Assembly (NCBI RefSeq): GCF_006345805.1
Contig: NC_043011.1
Location: forward strand, 13,900,464 to 13,964,463
DNA: 64,000 bases
DNA from: Octopus sinensis
Lineage: Eukaryota
Reading direction: 5' to 3'
A program made the position numbers and the translations under genes. Positions within the stretch are counted from its first letter, which is position 1; every line of letters begins with the position of its first letter. Below the pieces are notes generated by a model that saw only the letters and a program-made list of their open reading frames with translations, ran no database searches and was not told where the DNA came from. Of this stretch, positions 26,508 through 39,111 are shown piece by piece.

Positions 26508-27815
26508 GTAAATATTCTTTGCGATTTTGTCATTAAAAAAAAATGACTGTAAAACCACCCACCTAGAAACCAGTTTAATGCTGCTGTATATACATAGGAT
26601 AAATAGCCTGATAATATAGGCACAAGCTTGGCTGTGTGATAAGAAGCTTGCTTCCCAATCACACTGCATGGCACCTTGGGCAAGTGTCTTCTGCTATAGC
26701 CTTGGGCTGACCAAAGCTTTGCGAATGAATTTGGTAGACGGAAACTGATGTAAATTTGTTTGTGTGTGTGTGTGTGTCTTTGTATCTTTGTTTGTATCCG
26801 CCACCACTTGACAACCGGTATTGGTTTGTTTATGTCTTTGTAACTTAGTGGTTCAGCTATAGAGACCAATAGAATAAGTACCTGGCTTATAGAAAAAAAA
26901 AAGTACTTGGGTCAATTCATTTGATTAAAAATTCTTCAAGGTGTTGTCGCAGCATGGCCAGTCTAATGACTGGAACAGGTAAAAGATAAAAGATAGTAAT
27001 GTTTATTCCACATAGGATGAACACGTCGATGATGTTTATTCTACGTAGGATAATTTTCTTGGTGATATGTGTAGACAACACCTTACAGTGATTCAATGAA
27101 CAAATTTCATAAATGTGAACCTAATTAATTTTGTGGTACAGAAATATAGAGCTGACATCCGAATTTAAACAAAAGCCATGTCCATAACTTAGTCATTGCA
27201 ATTTCAGTCTTGTCACGTTCGAACTACTCTGGGGCTACGTAGAATCTGAAGGGACTTTGTGAAAGGTTAAATGAGGATTCAGTTGCTGGGCATGTTCCCA
27301 TGTTGGTGTTTCTGTCATGCTCCTACACAGCAATGTTTTAATGTATGAACATTATTTAGAGCTGTATTTTACCTATGAACCCTTTTGATTACTATTTTAC
27401 TTTGGTAGACCCCTGTAGCTATTCAGTGTTTAAAAACTAGTTTTATCGATAATTCTTTCAAAATTCCTATTTTGTTCTTCACATGTTCACTTGTATAGAT
27501 TTCTATTAGAAATCTATATTCATTTGAAACAGCAGGATTAAACATTGTTTAATGAATGAAATTTATTTTTAATAACTCTTGCATTTTCTATGACCAAAGT
27601 CTCATTATAAATCTTGGAAATAGAATAATGATTCTACTGCATAAAAGAAAGGGAAATATTAAAGATGATTAATGCAAATCTAGTTGCAAATTTTGGTTGG
27701 ATATCATTGCTGAGTTTAATTTAGTGTTTGTCATTCTGGTTATTGAAAAGTTAATATGGATTTAAATATTTAAAAAGTAATTAGTCATGAGTGGAATTTT
27801 TTGTTTGGTTTTAAG

Positions 27816-27935
27816 GCATTGGAAGAAGATACAAGCCAAGAAACTGAGATGACTCTTGAAGACTTATTGGCCAAAGCTGGACTTCAAGATAAAATGGAAA
27901 TATTTAAAAATGAACAAATTGATATTGATGCATTG
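27816..27935 (+). CDS. SEC23IP: SEC23IP/DDHD2-like exon, SAM domain N-half (TLEDLLAKAGLQDKMEIFKNEQIDIDAL)
   Basis: tttaag/gtgaga, 120 nt, phase 0/0. SAM pattern L..L..L..F..E.ID..AL. Confidence 0.92.
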
Positions 27936-28659
27936 GTGAGATTTTCATTTTCTTATTTAAAAAAAACAGTATTTTGTTTTTAGTTGTATTGAAATGTACC
28001 TTAATACTTATTAGTTTATTTATAGTAACATTACTTGTTATGTTGATGTGACGAGCTACACTTACTATTTTGTATTCTAGAACAACTATAGACTTACAGT
28101 TCTATATTTAAGAGATGAGGAATTATGTACATTATTTACATTCGATGGATATTTGTCCTCATCTTCGAAAGGTTACACTTTCCGCTTGTTATCTAATGTG
28201 TTCTTTTTCTAAGACTGCAAAGCGTTGTAATTTGAGAGGAATTTGGATAATTTTTCTAGCTATCTGAACAATCACATAGAGAATAAAAAAGAGCCAATGA
28301 GGCTCTTTTTCATTCTTACATAATTATAGCCAAAGAAAGTCCGATTAAAATTTAAAATTAAACAAGGCATTTAGGAATAAAACCAAAATAAAATTAGTTG
28401 GCTTTAATTTAGGAAATTAAATATACTTCAGTGGTTAAGTAATTGATGTCAGAGTGGCAGTATCCTGTTTAAAGCTATTTATAATTTTTTGGTGCTTCTG
28501 AAGTGGGAATGAAGATAAAAGTGAAACTGCAGTGGAGGTAACTCGGGATTCCCCCTAATTATTACTTTGGAACATAAATGAATATAAGAGCATCAAGGGT
28601 CACATATAAGAACTTGTTGACTACAGATAATAGAAGAATTTGCTGAATATATGTCATAT

Positions 28660-29125
28660 TAAAAAAAAAAGCTCACGAGCTGTGGCCATGCTGGGGCACC
28701 GCCATTTGGTGTTGCTACATGATTTTACTTCACAAATGCTTTTTAGCAATTGACATTTGGTGCATGAGAGAGTTTGATGCAGCTGCCCTCATCTGCACCT
28801 CCTGCCGTGAAGTTGGTTCATCTGGGGCACCTGACAGGAAGAGGCCCAACTTTATTTTGAAGACATCTGCATCCACCCCATGCAGGTCTCTCAGGAGGAT
28901 ATTGAAGAGCTGTGGACCTCTGAAGCCCAGGCTATCACAGTATCTTGTCCTACATCTTGATGGCAAATTTGGAGTCCTTGGCACTATGCAGTGGCGCCCA
29001 GTTCAAGTATTTGTGTAACTCTCGTTGCCAAAGTTTGGGACAAGTCCTTCCAGGATCTTCCAGATGTATATTATGGCATATCTTTCTCGCCTCTGCTCTA
29101 AGGAATAGAGTCTTGAGTCTTTCCC
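28660..29125 (-). mobile_element. CR1/L2-group LINE 3' fragment
   Basis: SLGFRGPQLFNIL...FK..L..FL...PDEP...AASNSL motifs. Confidence 0.75.
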
Positions 29126-29373
29126 ACCAACTGTGTACATATAATGTAAGTTGTTGGGGTGGGGTATATGTTATATAAGATCTTGTTAGGGTATATATTA
29201 TATAAGATCTTGTTAGGGTATATATGCTATATATAATATAAAAACCGAGTAAAAGTAAATATGAATCTGAAACTATTTAGAATACTTTGATTTCTTAAAA
29301 AAAATGAAATGATTGAACAATTGGATGAAACTATTTTCTAAATAATATAAAATTTTTTTTGTGTATTTTCTAG

Positions 29374-29463
29374 AGTATGTGTACTGATGAGGATTTGAAA
29401 TGTCTTGGTTTACCGATGGGACCACGAAAGAAACTTCAGAAGTTGATGACAGAATTAAAACAG
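29374..29463 (+). CDS. SEC23IP: SEC23IP/DDHD2-like exon, SAM domain C-half (SMCTDEDLKCLGLPMGPRKKLQKLMTELKQ)
   Basis: ttctag/gtcaga, 90 nt, phase 0/0. DLK.LG.P.GPRKK SAM signature. Confidence 0.94.
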
Positions 29464-30261
29464 GTCAGATATAGGGAATTGTAGTATCAAACATTTCGTT
29501 TTTTTTTTGCATGGCTTAGTTTGGACCTGCAAGATAGGTGGATGGAAGTTATCCTCAATCCTTGCTTCAAAACGGACACCCCAGGGAATAGATGATGGTA
29601 GTGAACCAGATGACAGATTGTCTCACACCAAAAAAGAAACGGGTTCCATCTCATAAATTCCATCCAAGTCTTTGGTCAGTTTGAGGTTCTGAAAAAGTGC
29701 TTTGCAATGGAGTCATACCCAAAGTGCCTTGCAATGGAATCATATTCAAAACAATGTAATTGTGAAGTGAACTTCTTAAACACATCATCATTTAACATCC
29801 GTTTTCCATGCTGGCACGGGTTGAATGGCTGTACAGGAACTGGTAGGCCAGGGGCTTCACCAGGTTCCATAGTTTGTTTTGACCTTCCTAACACCATGCC
29901 TGCATCAGTTAAAAGGTTTAGAATGCTTCATGAATTTCGAGTGTCCAGGTGTGTTATCTATAATGCTCTCAAATACTGACTGTCAGTACTGCTGCTGCTG
30001 CTGATCATCATCATCATCTAACATTCAGTTTCCTCACTGGTAAAGGTTGGATGGTTAGACAGGGTCTGATGATGAGTTTGGAGGCCTGTGTCATGCATGA
30101 ATGTCTACTTTTGTGTAGTTTCTATAACCTGATCCTTTTCCTAATTCCAACCTCTTTGCAGATTGTACTGGGAGCTTTTTGTTTGTTGGCACTAGTGATA
30201 ATGCTCTTGTATCTTTTTTGTTTAGTATTATTAATAATTGTTTGATGTGTCATTTGTATAG

Positions 30262-30359
30262 CACCAAGAAGAGGTTGCCATGAAGCAGAAGATAGAAGCT
30301 GAGAAGAAAAGAAAAGAGGAAGAGCAACTGAAAGAAGCAGAAACAAATTTAAAAACAAA
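30262..30359 (+). CDS. SEC23IP: SEC23IP/DDHD2-like exon, charged linker (HQEEVAMKQKIEAEKKRKEEEQLKEAETNLKTK)
   Basis: gtatag/gtgagt, 98 nt, phase 0/2. Phase is required to join the flanking exons. Confidence 0.88.
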
Positions 30360-30627
30360 GTGAGTTTTTCTTGGAATTTTGTGAGATTCCTATTACTTAG
30401 ACAAGTGACCAAGTTGAATTCAGTTTTTGCATACAATTCTGTTCAATTCGTCAATAAGCAGAACTTGAAGGAAACTAGAGAAAGTAGCGGGAAAGAAGCT
30501 ATCATAAATGTCAAGATGGGAAGGAAATTACTTACTTGTACTTGTGGTGACATTCACCCTGGGTGGGTTGAGTTGGCTTCTTCCTTGGAAGAAGTTTTGT
30601 GGGAATATGTGGATTTCACAAGCGGTC

Positions 30628-30910
30628 CCTAACAATCCCGCATGTAGAGACATCCTGTTTGCCGCAGATTGTCTGCAGACGCAGGGACAGAACGACCGAG
30701 GAGCCGCCGGTTGCCGGAGCAGACACTCCGAGGATTTTCACCAGAGCCTCGTCTGCCGGCTTGTGGCCCTAATACCACTCGGTGTCAGACCAATCCGCCT
30801 TGGGTGGCCCTACCAGGAACCGAAGTTCCCGACGGCATAGCTCTGACACTACTCGTTGCCAGCGTCCCCACCACGGTGAGGAGGGGATGGACTTTGGGGA
30901 CGCGGAAGGA
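30628..30910 (-). mobile_element. Isolated GC-rich RTE-type 5' UTR
   Basis: gagctatgccg..cctggtagggccacccaaggcgga resembles the conserved BovB/RTE 5' UTR motif GAGCCATGCCG..TAGGGCCACCCAAG. Confidence 0.6.
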
Positions 30911-31241
30911 AATGAAATTAACATGATATGCAAAATAGTCTTTTGAATGAAATAAATAAATTGGCTGTTTTAGATAAATGATATTAGACATTATAAGCAC
31001 TTTGAAGCAGAAAGAAGGCCTGACAGTGGGCTTGTTGCTTTTACTTTTTCTATTTTAAATGGTCCAGGTTGTGACTAAAACACACAAGTACTATTTAATG
31101 GTCTTTAAATTTATTTGGCTTACTTCAATAATCCTTGGAAATGACTCTCACCTAACACAATTTATAAGTGAAAGAAAAAGGGAAATAAGGCTTCTAACAA
31201 TGCAGAAAATTTTACAAAATCCTTTATATTTCAAGTACTGA

Positions 31242-31692
31242 GGCCCATCCTCAGAAGAAAGCAGTCTGGGAAATGCCCAGTCACACCGATTCTGTTACCT
31301 TATTCAAACTCCTTGGCATTAGGTCAGCAGCAGTAGCAGCCACTCTTCAACTGTTGGTGTAAGCAAATCTCCGGCTGTTGGTGTAGGCAACGCATCCACT
31401 GTTAGTTGATGTGACTGGAAATCTACATATAAAAGAAGCTATATTGACCCACTGTCTCAATCCAAAAATTATCAGCCAATTGGAGTTGAGCCAGTGGCTG
31501 CTATATAAACATGGTGATTGCAACCAGCATCATAATATACCACCACCACCAGCATATGACTATACATTGCATCAACCAACAGCTGAAGAGTTTCTGCTAC
31601 TGCTGTTTACATAACTCCTAGGAGTTTGAATAAGGTAAAGGAATCCGTGTAGCAGGACGTTTCCAAGACTGCTTTCTTCTGACAATGGGCCT
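31242..31692. mobile_element. Foldback/MITE with ~100-bp imperfect TIRs
   Basis: aggcccatcctcagaagaaagcagtct..ccttattcaaactcct versus aggagtttgaataagg..agactgctttcttctgacaatgggcct. Confidence 0.7.
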
Positions 31693-31750
31693 TTGTAAAA
31701 CTTTTGGTAAAACTTTCTGCATTCTTATTTCCCCTTTTCTTTTCCTTTTG

Positions 31751-32222
31751 TCATCATCATCATTGTTTGACCGTGGTCGAGACAATGGAATTTACCATGC
31801 TACGCCAGACTTCACGGTCCATCATAGCATTACGGAGGTCCTGTTGCTGGATGCCTGTATCCCTGGAGATTACATCAGGGTAGGAGAGTATGCACCCTCT
31901 GTTATCGCGAGTGGATGGCTTCCAGAGGAGAAGAGTAGAAATTGCCTTGTTTTCAGCTCTACAACAATGTCCAGCAAATTGGACTCTCCTACCTTTCACA
32001 AGAGATGATACAGGAGGTAGTTTCCCATATATTTGTATTTTGGTTGGATGACGCCTCCACGAGAGATTTTGAGCTCTCATAAGGAGGCGAGTGTAAGTTC
32101 CATCCACCTGCCTCTCAAGCTTCTTTGACAACCTCCAGGTTTCTGAGCCATATAGTAGAATTGGTTCAACTGTGGCTTTGAAGATTTTAAGTTTGAAGTC
32201 TCTACTTAGATTTGATGACCAG
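31751..32222 (-). mobile_element. RTE-X-like LINE 3' fragment (same family as 14523)
   Basis: YGSETW, DGTYTRLL, FAGHC motifs, (GAT)n tail. Confidence 0.85.
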
Positions 32223-32339
32223 ATGCTTCAAGTGAGCTACAATGCTCTTAAAATGGAAAAGTATTTATAAAAGAACTAAAAAGCATCTTTAAGTGTTAAC
32301 TTTCATGATTTTGTACAATTCTTTATTTTTCTCTCTTAG

Positions 32340-32559
32340 ATTGCTAAAATGTGAGACATCGATTTCTGTTGACTATTTGATGGGTGTGGCTGGAACTGGA
32401 CAACCCTTTGTTGAATATCCACAGTTACTCTTTCATCCTGTTAGCTTCTTTGCTTTAGGCTCTCCTATTGGAGTATTTCTAGCTGTACGTGGGGTAGAAA
32501 AAATGGGAGAAGAATTCTGCCTTCCCACATGTTCCAGAGTCTTCAACATTTTCCATCCG
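32340..32559 (+). CDS. SEC23IP: SEC23IP/DDHD2-like exon, start of DDHD domain (FFALGSPIGVFLAVRGV..LPTCSRVFNIFHP)
   Basis: tcttag/gtaagt, 220 nt, phase 2/0. F..GSP..F...RG and FNIFHP motifs. Confidence 0.95.
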
Positions 32560-33626
32560 GTAAGTTATTGCAAACCAAATCTTTTTTTCTTCTTGACTTT
32601 TTTCTTGTTAAATATCATGCTGTTGTTGGAGCCTGTCTGCATGGATGCAATTTCAAAATCTCTCTCTCTTGTTCTGTAGCAGATGTAGAACTCAAAAAAA
32701 CAACAACTGCAAGGTGGTTGGTGTTAGGAAAGGCATCCAGCTATAAAAGGCATGCCAGAACAGACACTGAAGCTTGGTGCAGTCTTCTGCTCAGCTAGCT
32801 CATGTCAGGCTGTCCAACCCATGCCAGCATGGAAAGCGGACGTTAAAGGATGATGATGATGATGATGACATCAACCTAACTTATCTTAAATATTATTAAA
32901 AAGATACTTATTTAATGAAATATGCTTTTAAAAGCTGACATTACCATTTGAAGATTGTTTATGTCCATATTAAAGAATTCTGATCAAATATATATTTCTT
33001 TACTGCCCACAAGGGGCTAAACATAGAGGGAACAAACAAGGACAGAGAAAGGGATTAAGTTGATTACATCGACCCCAGTGCGAAACTGGTACTTTATTTA
33101 TCGACCCCGAAAGGATGAAAGGCAAAGTCAACCTCAGCGGAATTTGAACTCAGAACGTAGCGACAGACGAAATACTGCTAAGCACTTTGCCTGGTGTGCT
33201 AACGGTTCTGCCAGCTTGCTGCCTTTTAAGTTTGGGGTTGTTTTCTGCACTGTCACCGATACCTGTTTTGTTGTATATATGTTGCAAGTAAAACTGCTAG
33301 GAAATATATAAATTTATATACTGCTAGGCAGTATATAAATAGGTTATAAACTATTTTGAAAGTCACTTAGTATTATGACTTATTAAAACAGTTTAACAGT
33401 TTTATTATTACTAACACATTTACATCAAAGACAATACATATTGTTAACAAGTTCATAAATAATATTGTTTATCTTGGTTCTTTTGTGTAACAGATTATCA
33501 GTAAATGTATTAAGTCTTTTGTTTTAGCTTTCTGAAACTTTTTTATTTTAAATAATTTAAATGTATTGAAACCATTCTGATAACTTTTTATATTTTCTTT
33601 GCATCTTCCTTTGGCCGTGTCTTCAG

Positions 33627-33638
33627 TTTGATTCTGTG
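33627..33638 (+). CDS. SEC23IP: 12-nt micro-exon FDSV supplying the first conserved Asp of the DDHD domain
   Basis: cttcag|ttt gat tct gtg|gtaagt. Fills exactly the 4-residue gap between FNIFHP and AYRIEP (family consensus HPxDPVAYR). Confidence 0.88.
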
Positions 33639-34912
33639 GTAAGTTATTTTGGCATTTTACCATTAACTTGTTGCAAACATCAAAAATTTATTGCAAAGTA
33701 ATATTGAAAATTATCGTGTATTAACTGCCATCTTTATTATTGATAAGAAAGTCTAAAACTTAGAATTTGAAATCACAGCAATTATTTTAATGGCAGTAGG
33801 GAGTTTTGTTTTGGATACTTTCATGCAACATTAGCAATTGGAATGACTATACTTCCACTTGTTTGTTGGTTAAAGAACTCGATTTTGTTAAATTTCTGTC
33901 ATTATATATAAAAGAAAATTATACTGCATTTAGCTATCAAACCAATGATGTGTAGATGTTGGAAGGTAATTGGTATTAGTCAGCAGAAACAATTACCTCC
34001 TCATTCAAATTATTTTGAATGTTAAAATTTTAAAAAAAATGCATGATATAAGCATGGTAATTCACCGTACTGTATATTGATGTAGCTGTCCAACTCAAAG
34101 TATATATACAAATGAATGTTGATATTAATATCAACAGATGAGATTCCTCTATAGGGTCACTGGATACTAAACTCTGCTTGCGAAGACCAGTTGAGGCAAG
34201 TGAAATCGAAGTCAAAATGAAACTCAGTGACTGGCATCTGTTGCTAGTGGAGCGCTAAGAGTACCATACGAGTGAGATCGTTGTCAGAGCAACAAGCTGG
34301 CCTTTGTGCTGATGGCACGTTTAAGCACACCATTCGAGCGTGATTATTACCGCGTCGCCTTACTAGAACTTGTGCTGGTGGCACGTGAAACATTCGAGCA
34401 AGGTCGTCGCCAGTGCCGCTGGACTGGCTCCTGTACAGGTGGCACGTACAAAGCACCATTTGGGTGTGGCTGTTGCCAGTACCACCAAACTGGCCCTCAT
34501 GCTGGTGGCATGTAAAAGCACCCACTACACTCTCGGAGTGGTTGGCGTTAGGAAGGGCATCCAGCTGTATAAACTCTGCCAGATCAGATTGGAGTTTGGT
34601 TCGCCAGACCTCAATCAAATCGTCCAACCCATGCTAGCATGGAAAGTGGACGTTAAATGATGATGATGAGTCATGCATATAATTCAATCTGTCTTTGAAG
34701 CAAATAGATACCCTTCACTACTTTTTAGTTGAGTATTAAATGATTAGACAAACAGTCAACAGTAAAATAATTTGCTTTTGAAACCATGACCAATTTCATA
34801 GAATGACATGGGATTCCATAATCTATTTCAAGTGTAATGTAGAATTTTATGATGTGAAAGTATATTCTGCTCAGAGCTCAACATCTCCATATATAATGTT
34901 TACATGTTGTAG

Positions 34913-35006
34913 GCCTATCGTATCGAGCCACTTGTGAATGCCCACGCTAGTAACCACAAACCAGTTCTAATACCACATCATAAAGGCCGAAAACGTCTTC
35001 ATTTAG
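34913..35006 (+). CDS. SEC23IP: SEC23IP/DDHD2-like exon (AYRIEPLVNAHASNHKPVLIPHHKGRKRLHL)
   Basis: ttgtag/gtgagt, 94 nt, phase 0/1. IPHHKGRKRLHL is highly conserved. Confidence 0.96.
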
Positions 35007-35521
35007 GTGAGTCTTAATTGTTATGTTTCCCTCATCTTTATTTTCGTTTTTATATTGTAAGTAAAGCACATATCTAGAATTAGAAATATATTACAAGCAT
35101 AAAGCACAGGCATGGCTGTGTGGTAAGAAGCTAGCTTCCCAACCTCATGGTTCCAGGTTCAGTCCCACTATATGGCACCTACTTTAGCCTCGCGCTGACC
35201 GAAACCCTGTGGGTGGATTTGGTAGATGGAAATTAAAAGAAGCCTGTTGTATGTGTATGTATGTATACTCTTTACTCTTTTACTTGTTTCAGTCATTTGA
35301 CTGTGGCCATGCTGGAGCACCGCCTTTAGTCGAGCAAATCGACCCCGGGACTTATTCTTTGTAAGCCCAGTACTTATTCTATCGGTCTCTTTTGCCGAAC
35401 GCTAAGTGACGGGGGTGTAAACACACCAGCATCAGTTGTCAAGCAATGCTAGGAGACAAACACAAACACACACACACATATGCTAGCATGGACAACGGAT
35501 GCTAAATGATGATGATGATGA

Positions 35522-35564
<43 letters not shown>

Positions 35565-36011
35565 CATATATATGTGTGTGTGTGTATGTCTTTGTGTCTG
35601 TGTTTGTCCCCTATCACTGCTTGACAACTGGTGTTGGTTTGTTTATGTCCCAGGCTTACAGAAAATAAGTACTGGGGTCAATTCCCTTGACTAAAAGTTC
35701 TTTAAGTTAGTGCCCCAGCATGGCCGCAATTTAATGATTGAAACAGATATAAGATAACACAAGCCAACAAGAAATCTTCTATGCAGCTGCTCTGTCCTGC
35801 TGTCTTAAAAAGGATTAATTGAATAATGTGATGCAATGTCTGAAAAGAGACAGAATGGTCTCGACTGTAACGCCTTTGATCAAAGGCTTCCTCTGGGACT
35901 AAGTAACAATATTACACATACTATATAGCATTCACTGGACACTGTTACCCAGGCAGTTGTAGGTTTTTATCTTGGGGGAGACAAGAAATATGTATACAAT
36001 GTATGTGCATC

Positions 36012-36238
36012 TTAACCCTTTAGCATTTAAACTGACTCGTATCTGGCCCAAATATTCTTGTTTTATGATCGAATCAGCCACATCCAGCCCCTGACATCTA
36101 CCCTGTGATGTCATTCTTAAGGTAGACAATCACATCACCGAAACTTTGAGGCTACAAGATGATGCATGATTGATTTAAGACAATGTGAATAAACAAACTT
36201 TACATTTGAGAGAGCAATCTGAATGCTAAAGGGTTAAT
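36012..36238. mobile_element. piggyBac-like MITE (TTAA-CCCTT...AAGGG-TTAA). Similar elements at 8167-8378, 24205-24408, 49965-50186, 59146-59372
   Basis: ttaaccctttagcatt ... aatgctaaagggttaa termini. Confidence 0.7.
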
Positions 36239-36259
36239 CAGCTGAACCTTTATGCTTAG

Positions 36260-37430
36260 ACGCAGGAGTGGCTGTGTGGTAAGTAGCTTGCTTCCCAACC
36301 ACATGGTTCCGGGTTCAGTCCCACAGCGTGGCACCTTGGGCAAGTGTCTTCTACTATAGCCTCGGGCTGACCAAAGCCTTGTGAGTGGATTTGGTAGACG
36401 GAAACTGAAAGAAGCCTGTCGTATATATATATATATGTGTGTGTGTTTGTCCCCCCCACCAACGCTTGACAACCGATGCTGGTGTGTTTACGTCCCCGTA
36501 ACTTAGCAGTTCGGCAAAAGAGACCGATAGATTAAGTACTAGGCTCACAAAGAATAAGTCCTGGGGTCAATTTGCTTAACTAAAGGCGGTGCTCCAGCAT
36601 GGCCGCAGTCAAATGACTGAAACAAGTAAAAGAGTAATAGATAAATAGATATGTGCAAAAATGGTTGTGTGACAAGAAGTTTGTTTCCCAATCTCATGGT
36701 TCTGGGTTCAGTCCTACTGTGTGATACCTTGAGCAAGTGTCTTCTACTATATCCCTGGGTTAACCAAAGTCCTGTGAGTGGATTTGGTAGATGGAAATTG
36801 AAAGGAGCCTAGGCATGGCTGTGTGGTAAGAAGCTTGCTTCCCAACGACATGGTTCCGGGTTCAGTCCCACTTGTGTGACACCTTGGGTAAGTGTCTTCT
36901 ATAACCTCAGGCCAACCAAAGCCTTGTGAGTGGATTTGGTAGACGGAAACTGAAAGAAGCCTGTTTATGTGTGTGTGTGTGTCTTTGTGCCCCCTCCCCT
37001 CCTCGCCCACTGCTTGTTAACCAGTGTTGGTGTGTTTATGTCCCTGTAACCTACTGGTTTGGCAAAAGAGATCAGTAGAAATAAGTTCTGGGGTTGATTT
37101 GCTCAACTAAAACCCTTCAAGGTGGTGCTCCAGCATGGGTGCAGTCAAATGATTGAAACAAAGGGACGAAAGAATGTATGTATGTTTGTGTGTGTGTGTG
37201 TGTGTCTCTCCTTGCCTTGACATCACATGAAGGTTGTAAACAAGAGTCATAACCATGCAAGTGTTGTCCTTCATTTCCAGTATTCCATGAAAACCTGTCT
37301 GGCCATAGGGAAGCAGGTGAAGGTTGGCAACAGGAAAGGCAGCTGGTCATAGAAAATCTGCCTCGATAAATTCCATCTGACGTATACAAGCATGGAAAAG
37401 TGGATGTTAAAATGATGATGATGATATATA
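36260..37430 (+). mobile_element. Cluster of tandem/nested family A SINE copies
   Basis: Three consecutive heads (36260, 36660, 36812) plus tails. Confidence 0.8.
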
Positions 37431-37691
37431 TCTCACTCTTTCTACTTTGACTGCTGCAGGAATCTGGGAGACATGTTCCCACTAGATGCTGGATTTGCTC
37501 CCTTCTGTGGTTGTATTAAGAATCACATTTATCAGAATACACGTGTATTGATATATATGATGGCAATTATGTGACTTGAGTAGGGCACAATAAAGAATAT
37601 GTGATGATGTTATATGATCTTAATGTGCCTGAGATGCATGCTTTGTTTGGGGTGTATGTTTAGTGTTGTTATATCTGTAGTACATATATTA

Positions 37692-37922
37692 AGGCGGCGA
37701 GCTGGCAGAATCGTTAGGATGTCGGGCGAAATGCGTAGCCGTATTTCGTCTGCTGTTATGTTCTGAGTTCAAATTCCGCCGAGGTCGACTTTGCCTTTCG
37801 TCCTTTCGGGGTCGATAAATAAAGTACCAGTTTCGCACTGGGGTCGATATAATCGACTTAATCCCTTTGTCTGTCCTTGTTTGTCCCCTCTATGTTTAGC
37901 CCCTTGTGGGCAATAAAGAAAT
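37692..37922 (+). mobile_element. SINE family B, full length (also 17221-17445 -, 25330-25535 -, 32993-33222 -, 42079-42310 +, 48502-48722 +, 61314-61517 -, 63175-63387 -)
   Basis: ggcggcgagctggcagaatcgttag..ttctgagttcaaattccgccgaggtcgac..ccccttgtgggcaataaagaaata repeated across the window, with B-box gagttcaaattcc. Confidence 0.85.
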
Positions 37923-38354
37923 ATATATCTATTGTACATTGAATTTTTGTGATTTTGTTGGGAATTTGAAAATTCAGTATATATAATGTTTTTTCCTACT
38001 TCATGTGTAGAATGTTGACAGTTTAATGTGTTGAAAGATTGTTTATTATTTATTAGTAAATTAGTGTGGAAACTAATATGATGGTTTTGTATGTTAGTGT
38101 ACTTGAATCACTGTTAAGACAAGCTCAGGACAAATATTCTAGTAATAATAGAAACAGTTTTCATTAACTACAAAGTCAATTTATGAAGGAGAGAAACATA
38201 GTCAAATAAATTCACTCTTGTTTTATTATCTGTACTTTTTTATCAACACCAGAGGGATGATAAAGTTGACATTATGCAATTTGAACACGGAACACGAAGA
38301 GTTATAACTAAAAACTGCATGAGTGTATACAGTTTCTGCTAATTTACCACTGTT

Positions 38355-38600
38355 AATAATAATAATAATAATAATAATAATGATGATAATAATGATAATA
38401 ATGATAATAATAATGATAATAATGATAATAATAATAATAATAATGATAATAATGATAATAATAATAATAATGATGATGATGATGATAATAATGATAAGGA
38501 TAATAATAATAATAATAATGATAATAATAATAATAATGATAATAATAATAATAATAATGATAATAATGATGATTATATAATAATAATAATAATAATAATA
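38355..38600. repeat. (AAT/GAT)n compound microsatellite
   Basis: Direct inspection. Confidence 0.97.
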
Positions 38601-38913
38601 TCTTGCTATTTTTTACAAGGGGAATGTGAAAGAGTATATTGAATTGAAACCTTGTACTTATTGACCCTAGAATTATGAATGGTCAGATATGAATTAAGAA
38701 TGTAAGATGAAAAAAAATACTGCCTTTTAATTAATTCCCTTGCTATTTTACCACCACCCTCATCTTCATTTAGTAGTAAAGATGAATTTTCCGATTTATA
38801 TGAAGTACTACATAGTTAATCCCTGGTACTTAATAATAATAAAGAAAGATGCATTTAAGCATCAATCCAAAAACATTGAATTGGGATTGATATTTTGTCT
38901 CTTTTGATTTCAG

Positions 38914-39111
38914 AATTGCGAGAAAGTCTCAGCCGAGTTGGTTCTGATCTGAAGCAAAGATTTCTGGATTCCCTGAAGAGTACCTGGAATTCAATCAATG
39001 AATTTGCAAGAGCTCACACTTCAAACCAATCACTGGAACAACATGTAGAAAAAGAAATGAGTGATGTTATTAACCAGTTAGTTGTTACTGACGATGAATG
39101 TGAAACTGCAT
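38914..39111 (+). CDS. SEC23IP: SEC23IP/DDHD2-like exon (ELRESLSRVGSDLKQRFLDSLKSTWNSINEFARAHTS..)
   Basis: tttcag/gtaagt, 198 nt, phase 1/1. Matches SEC23IP ELKESLSRMGSDLKQ..NEFARAHTS. Confidence 0.95.

Noticed and set aside
27016-27033. Possible 18-nt micro-exon DEHVDD
   Set aside because: Weak donor (gtttat), and explained by a local tandem duplication of atgtttattc.ac.taggat
38323-38580. Poly-Ile/Met ORF
   Set aside because: Translation of an (AAT/GAT)n microsatellite
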